DNA of 53,558 nt. It comes from a virus. Its lineage: Duplodnaviria; Caudoviricetes. A program made the position numbers and the translations under genes. Under the pieces are notes generated by a model. The model was given only the letters and a program-made list of their open reading frames with translations, was not told the origin of the DNA and did not search any database. The DNA is taken from the IMG/VR virus record IMGVR_UViG_3300033562_000211, positions 1-53,558 of that record, one strand, 5' to 3'. This document shows positions 47,928 to 53,558 of this stretch, piece by piece; position 1 is the stretch's first letter, and each line of letters opens with the position of its first letter.

Positions 47928-48884
47928 TTATTTATTTTTAATTACTTTATTACCTAACTTCATAGTAGAGAAGTCAAGCCCTTTGGTTAAAGTTATTGCA
48001 GATTGAGCATCTTTAGCTAAATGAAATAAGAATATTTGTTTCTCTCTATCAACAGGAGATAAGTTACTCATATATTCTCCTACTTTAGCTTGTTTATCTT
48101 TATCAGGTAATTGAGCTATCTCTGGATTGTTTATAAAATAATTCGCAGCTATTAACTTGTTATCATTAAGGGAAATCCCTCTATTGATAAACATCTGTCC
48201 TAAGACTTCATCAGCATTTACATCTCTAATTATTGTATAATCTTTTTCAGTAACTAACTCTTTCCATTTATTAATATTCTTTCCACCATTGTCTTTGCTG
48301 GATATGTTATAATAAATAGATGTGGCTTCTTGTGCTTGGTAAGGATGTTTTTTACCATCAGACTCATAAGTCATACTTATTTTTCTAAACTTAGCAGGTA
48401 TTACAGTAAGTCTTGACTCACCATAAGTATCTACATTCTTCTCAAACTCTCCTTCTATAATCCTAGCATAAGCATTCCTATTAGCTTCTCCATTATAAAA
48501 TACGATATTGCCTTGAAGATCAGCTACATTCTTACCATTATCAGCTTCAAACCAAGCTCGCTTTATTAGGTGAGTCTTATCTACACCAGCCTTAGAACCA
48601 CCTTTAACATAATCCATGTCAACACCTTGTTCTGATTGTGGATACCTAGGATCTTGTTGATAATTTCTTTCACCAGAGAATTGACGATTAGTACCAGTAA
48701 GTAAAGAGTTACGAAATTTATTCAATTGATCTACATTCATAACAACAGATGAATATATTGCTTCCTTATCCACTGATGCAATAGCTGTTCTAATTGCTGG
48801 ATTTGTAACACCAGAAGCAGGGAATATAGATAAATCAGTAAATGATAAATCCAATAAGTCATGATCTCCAATATTAGTTCGCAT
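47928..48884 (-). CDS. Hypothetical virion-module protein
   Basis: 318-aa ORF with AGGAG RBS. Confidence 0.6.
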   Translation of the reverse strand: MRTNIGDHDLLDLSFTDLSIFPASGVTNPAIRTAIASVDKEAIYSSVVMNVDQLNKFRNSLLTGTNRQFSGERNYQQDPRYPQSEQGVDMDYVKGGSKAGVDKTHLIKRAWFEADNGKNVADLQGNIVFYNGEANRNAYARIIEGEFEKNVDTYGESRLTVIPAKFRKISMTYESDGKKHPYQAQEATSIYYNISSKDNGGKNINKWKELVTEKDYTIIRDVNADEVLGQMFINRGISLNDNKLIAANYFINNPEIAQLPDKDKQAKVGEYMSNLSPVDREKQIFLFHLAKDAQSAITLTKGLDFSTMKLGNKVIKNK

Positions 48885-49073
48885 AAAATCTCCTTGAAAT
48901 AGATATTATTATATCTAACATATTGTTTATATCTTCAGAGTCAGCTTTATTAAAGAAAATATTCATATTGAAATCTGAATTTATCTTTACTTTAATTGCT
49001 TCATCAACTAATCCAACCTTAATGTAATTTACTATTTGATCACACATATTTTCTTGCGTATTATAATACTTAT
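48874..49073 (-). CDS. Hypothetical protein (approximate start)
   Basis: Fills the gap between two long ORFs. Confidence 0.4.
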
Positions 49074-52000
49074 TATTTCTCTCCATAAGAACCACCATCA
49101 TACCAGTTATCTTCTATCTCTGGTTGTAACTTATTAAGCAAAGACATCTTATTACCATATTCATTAGCATTATTATGCCCTCTCTTATCAACCCACATAC
49201 TAACTCCTAAAGGCTGTGTAATCAAACTAAGCATGTTTGCAATAGTTTCATTCTTTGTAGCAGGGGCTCCTGTTTGCATATATGATATACCAGAAGCTGC
49301 CGTCAATGTAAGATTTTTACTAAGAGTCATGATGTCAGAAGAACCATTTGCAAATGCTATTGGAGATGACAACAATTTGGTCCAATTCTTTTTCATATCA
49401 TAATATTCTTCTGTTTGCAATGTTAGACCATCACCCATAAATGGACTTACTATTTTAAATGTTTTAGCGTATAAATTCATTTGATTCTTAAGAGCTGTTT
49501 CATAAGTTGGATCTTGCACATTAGAGATAAGCCTACTTAACGCACTAATTCCAGGATCAGGTTTTAAGAAGTAACCAGCCATATTAGAAACGACTCCACC
49601 AAGTGGAACTCCACCAACCCATCTACTAGCATTCTTACCTACCTTATCCCATGCTTTCTTAGAATCTTCTTCATTACTATTTAATGCTTTAGCTAAATCA
49701 ATAATACTAGTAGCAGAAGAATAAGATGATGTACTAGCTAATATAGGAATATTTAAATCCTCATTTTCAACTAAGTACCAATAAGCAGCATAAGCTAATG
49801 CAGCAAATACAGAGCCTGCACCAACATGTCCTCTACTTGTGTCCATGATATGTTTACCAGATATAATATCTGGAATATCTTTAGCGGCTATACCAAGGTT
49901 TCTAGCATTTCTCATTAAATTCATTCTATTAAAGTTGGCTATCTGTCTAAACATCTGGAATCCTTGAACAGTTCCCCATAATAGAACATCGCTAACAGTT
50001 TTAGCATCTCTTACATTAGTCCATGTTTGAAATGATTTACCCCATTTACTAAAGTTACCAAACATTAGATAAGACTTCTCTCTAGCAAAATCTATTTCTG
50101 GCATCATCCCTTTAAGAACTTTATCTTTATACACTTGTGTAAACACTGTTGAATTGTCTTCAAATACTTTATTTTTAGAATCTTTTAAGAACTCTGTTGT
50201 TTTATTCATTACCATATCTGATACAAGATATTTATTAATACCCCTTATCTTATTCTCAGACCAAGCAAAAGAAAACATCTTATTGTTAATCATTCTATCA
50301 CCAATATTATTAAATGTATTAGCAACACCAAGAATTATTCTATCTGCAGTAGTCTTATCTTCAACATTAAGATTAAGTTTATTTAAACTAATCTCTATAC
50401 TCTTACCGCCAGACATAAGATAGTCTCTAGTAATTATATCAACAGTCTTTTTTAATTCAGAATCAGAAGTGACAGTATCTTTCAATGATTTATACCTTCT
50501 TCTAGCTTCTTTAATATCATGAAATCCACCAACACTAGCAGCAGATTGTATAGCGGCTAATATATTAGAAGTAGCTGTACCAAATAACATTATACTTCCC
50601 ATAGTGAAAGTCAATGCTGAAGCCATAAGATTCTTCATATGTTGTACTGATCTTGATGGAGAGTCTCCAGATAAGTTCTCAGATGACTTTATAATTCTAT
50701 CATAATTCCTTTCTACAACAGCAGCAGCATAAGGATCTCCTTCTAAAGCTCCATTTGCTATAGCATTCTTAACATTTGTAGCAGTTCTTATCTCATACAA
50801 TACATTTGTAACTCTTGCAAAAGCATCTATATTACCTAACATAGCTTCTCTTAATGGAATATAATCATCTGAAGTCGATACAGCAGATTGATGAAACATT
50901 CTTATATCTCCAACAATCTTTCTACCTGCTGAAGACTTTCTAAACGTTTCTAACCAATGATCAGAACTATATTGAGGTATATAATTCTTTTGTATATTCC
51001 ATGTATCAGTTGCTTTCATAAATTGCAACTCTGATTCAGTTGCAGTTTTATCATCAATAGCTTTCTGTATTAGGTCTTTCAATCTATTAATACCAGTAGA
51101 TAAATAATATACCATTGATCCATCTTGAAAGTTCTTTTCAACATCACTAGAATATTCTGATGCACCAAAGTTGAACTTGTTAAACATCTTCATTGCTACA
51201 TCTAATTGATCAAGGACACCTTGATTAAATATAGTTTCATTAGATTCTAATTTAGATAGTGATGGAGACATTTGATTAATTTTAGTCATTATTTGAGATT
51301 TAACATGATCTGCTCTAAGTATAGCATCATTCTTTTCTTGAGATGTACTATCTTTAGCTTCAGAAGTAACTAATGCATCTTTATAATTCTTATACATAGG
51401 CAACAATTTATCAACATGATCATAGTTAAGAGAGAACTTATAATCTTGATCATTACCTAATGTTTTATTTATCTCTCTTTGAAATGTATTAAAAGATTCA
51501 TTTAAATGATTCTTCTGATTCTCATTCCATGATTCCCATAACTCTTGATCTGCTACTATCTTATTAAGAACAAGGTCTCTCTTTTGAAAAGCATCTAAGT
51601 TATAAGATTCTAATTTAAGAAAATTACCAATACCTACGCTAACTTGATTTAGCTTTTTAGTGGTAGCAAATTCCCATGACCATCTTTTAACTATCTCTCC
51701 AAGAAACTTGCCATTAGCCCGTATTTGTCTAAAAGGTAATGGAGTATCAAAGAACCCGATGTCATTCTTAGATAAGTAATCTTGATGCATTACTCTTATA
51801 ATAGCATTAAGTTTATTATCCATGGTAGTTTCAACCTTACTTAACTTACCAAACGATGTCTCTACATCATTATGGTTAATTGGAACTCCATCAAATAGAT
51901 AGCCAAAGAATTGATCTATTCCATTTATATTAAAATAGTCTCTTGTTTGTTTGAAGTCTGAAGAGTCACTTATAATATTCCATAGTTTTGCAACTTCTTC

Positions 52001-52111
52001 TATCTTCTTTTGCATTCTAGGGAAGTCAGTTGTCTTATTAGCTACAAACTTCTTTACGCTATCAGCATATTGATTTAATGCTATTCTACAATTTACAGTA
52101 GTATTGCTCAT
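49073..52111 (-). CDS. Large putative internal virion / DNA-ejection protein
   Basis: 1012 aa, helical, with hydrophobic Gly/Ala segments near the C-terminus; late-strand orientation. Confidence 0.5.
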   Translation of the reverse strand: MSNTTVNCRIALNQYADSVKKFVANKTTDFPRMQKKIEEVAKLWNIISDSSDFKQTRDYFNINGIDQFFGYLFDGVPINHNDVETSFGKLSKVETTMDNKLNAIIRVMHQDYLSKNDIGFFDTPLPFRQIRANGKFLGEIVKRWSWEFATTKKLNQVSVGIGNFLKLESYNLDAFQKRDLVLNKIVADQELWESWNENQKNHLNESFNTFQREINKTLGNDQDYKFSLNYDHVDKLLPMYKNYKDALVTSEAKDSTSQEKNDAILRADHVKSQIMTKINQMSPSLSKLESNETIFNQGVLDQLDVAMKMFNKFNFGASEYSSDVEKNFQDGSMVYYLSTGINRLKDLIQKAIDDKTATESELQFMKATDTWNIQKNYIPQYSSDHWLETFRKSSAGRKIVGDIRMFHQSAVSTSDDYIPLREAMLGNIDAFARVTNVLYEIRTATNVKNAIANGALEGDPYAAAVVERNYDRIIKSSENLSGDSPSRSVQHMKNLMASALTFTMGSIMLFGTATSNILAAIQSAASVGGFHDIKEARRRYKSLKDTVTSDSELKKTVDIITRDYLMSGGKSIEISLNKLNLNVEDKTTADRIILGVANTFNNIGDRMINNKMFSFAWSENKIRGINKYLVSDMVMNKTTEFLKDSKNKVFEDNSTVFTQVYKDKVLKGMMPEIDFAREKSYLMFGNFSKWGKSFQTWTNVRDAKTVSDVLLWGTVQGFQMFRQIANFNRMNLMRNARNLGIAAKDIPDIISGKHIMDTSRGHVGAGSVFAALAYAAYWYLVENEDLNIPILASTSSYSSATSIIDLAKALNSNEEDSKKAWDKVGKNASRWVGGVPLGGVVSNMAGYFLKPDPGISALSRLISNVQDPTYETALKNQMNLYAKTFKIVSPFMGDGLTLQTEEYYDMKKNWTKLLSSPIAFANGSSDIMTLSKNLTLTAASGISYMQTGAPATKNETIANMLSLITQPLGVSMWVDKRGHNNANEYGNKMSLLNKLQPEIEDNWYDGGSYGEK

Positions 52112-52124
52112 TTACGTACTCCAT

Positions 52125-53558
52125 TTAAAAACAAAATGTTAATTCTGTATTGTCTAATATTCCACCAGTCTTTCTACCTACATCACTAAGTAACAAATCT
52201 TTTTTCATTTTGTCAACAGTTGTATTCATAAAAGTTCTAAAAGACTCTTCATTATTAATCAAACTACCTTGCATTGTATCATTATTCTTAAATTGCTTTA
52301 ACGTAACACTATTTATTCCCATGTCAAGCAATTTAGCTTCTGTTACAACATCATTTCCAGAATGACCGATTATTGTAGAAAATATTTTAGATACTAATTT
52401 CTTATTAGAGTCAGCTTGATCATAACTATTATATATCTTAGATGCCTGATTAAATAATGATTCTGTGTTAATTATTTTATTATCACCTAACCCAACAATC
52501 TTATTAACAAAAACATTATTGCCTTTTGCATTAGTCTTATTTTCACCTTGAAACTTAATCTCTAAAGCACCAAGCATTAAACCAACACTTGTAGCAAAGT
52601 CCTTAGTTATATTTAACTCAGGAAACTTTTCTTTCATCTTTAACATTAAGTCATTTGTATCAGATATTCCAATATGAACTAATTCATTAGATTTATCTTT
52701 AATTAAATCAGTAATCAATTTCTTATTAACTATTCTTTTGAACTCTTCATAAGATTTAATAAACTTATGTACAGGAACATTCTTTACTTTTGTGGAACCA
52801 CCAAATGGAGACCTAAGTGCTACTCCATTATATAAAAGATCAGAACTTCTTACAGCAATTTCATTCTTATAATTATCTCTAACTACTCTTAACTGTTCTA
52901 CAAATGGATCATTAACTCCTTCAAGATTATTCAGCTCTTTGTTAATTTGATCAAACGTAAGTTCACTAACATCAAAACTATTAGAAAACCATTTATGGAT
53001 AGTTTTCAATGAGAAAGACACTGGAGATAATTCAGTGGATGCTATAGCATCTCTAATTATGTTCCCGGTAGCGTGATGATTTTCTTTGACTTGTTCATCT
53101 GTAGTTTTACCATTAGCTGTAGTTCTTTTAGTGACATAAGCCTCTAATGAAAACTTTTTATTTTCAGCTTCTGATTCATCAATTCCTACATAAAGTTTAA
53201 CTTTCTCAGAAAAAACCATGCTCTTAGATAACATATTAACATGTTGAATAAGTTCATTTGTCTCATCTTCACTATTAGCTATTAATGCTAACTTCAAATC
53301 CTTAACAATATCTACACCTAATCCAGACATAGCTAACAATGATCCCATCTTATTATAATAGAATAAATCATTATCAATATTCTTAGCAATATATTTTTGC
53401 ACATTATCATAACTAACAGGGTCTTTACTACCAATAACATGTTTTTTATAATCGTCAACATTCATAAAGCCATAAATCTTTTGAGTAAACATCATTTCTT
53501 TAGAATCTTCCTTACTAACTATCATTATCTTATTACCAGCTAATACAGCATTAAAATC
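52125..53558 (-). CDS. C-terminal part of a large virion protein whose start lies outside the window
   Basis: The frame is open to the window end (DFNAVLAGNKIMIVSK...). Confidence 0.6.
   Translation of the reverse strand, partial: DFNAVLAGNKIMIVSKEDSKEMMFTQKIYGFMNVDDYKKHVIGSKDPVSYDNVQKYIAKNIDNDLFYYNKMGSLLAMSGLGVDIVKDLKLALIANSEDETNELIQHVNMLSKSMVFSEKVKLYVGIDESEAENKKFSLEAYVTKRTTANGKTTDEQVKENHHATGNIIRDAIASTELSPVSFSLKTIHKWFSNSFDVSELTFDQINKELNNLEGVNDPFVEQLRVVRDNYKNEIAVRSSDLLYNGVALRSPFGGSTKVKNVPVHKFIKSYEEFKRIVNKKLITDLIKDKSNELVHIGISDTNDLMLKMKEKFPELNITKDFATSVGLMLGALEIKFQGENKTNAKGNNVFVNKIVGLGDNKIINTESLFNQASKIYNSYDQADSNKKLVSKIFSTIIGHSGNDVVTEAKLLDMGINSVTLKQFKNNDTMQGSLINNEESFRTFMNTTVDKMKKDLLLSDVGRKTGGILDNTELTFCF

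Noticed and set aside
1-53558. Stop-codon reassignment
   Set aside because: Long genes are intact under code 11, and TAA, TAG and TGA all end genes at sensible junctions

Overview
AT-rich segment of a tailed dsDNA phage genome with podovirus-like organisation, cut inside genes at both ends. The left arm (1-20.7 kb, - strand) is morphogenesis and lysis: major capsid (partial), scaffold, P22-like portal, terminase, a 1505-aa repeat protein flanked by five small paralogs, GH24 endolysin, tail fibre and a GroES-like chaperonin. The middle (21.1-46.4 kb, + strand) is early and replication genes: a ~1.15-kb hairpin-dense non-coding region, an M28-like peptidase, a DUF1874/AcrIII-1-like protein, a tRNA-like element, a complete Ubl-E2-JAB-E1 cassette, Sak4-like ATPase, primase-helicase, SF2 helicase, PD-(D/E)XK nuclease, ThyX-like, thioredoxin and radical SAM. 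The right arm (46.4-53.6 kb, - strand) holds probable virion proteins. The best leads are (i) the phage ubiquitin-like conjugation operon, (ii) the candidate giant structured ncRNA, (iii) a dispersed, gapped ~60-bp motif sitting in four TpA-poor, A-tract-rich islands, and (iv) six copies of one domain around the repeat protein. No DNA polymerase, integrase or CRISPR array is visible. All family calls come from reading motifs by eye, not from searches.
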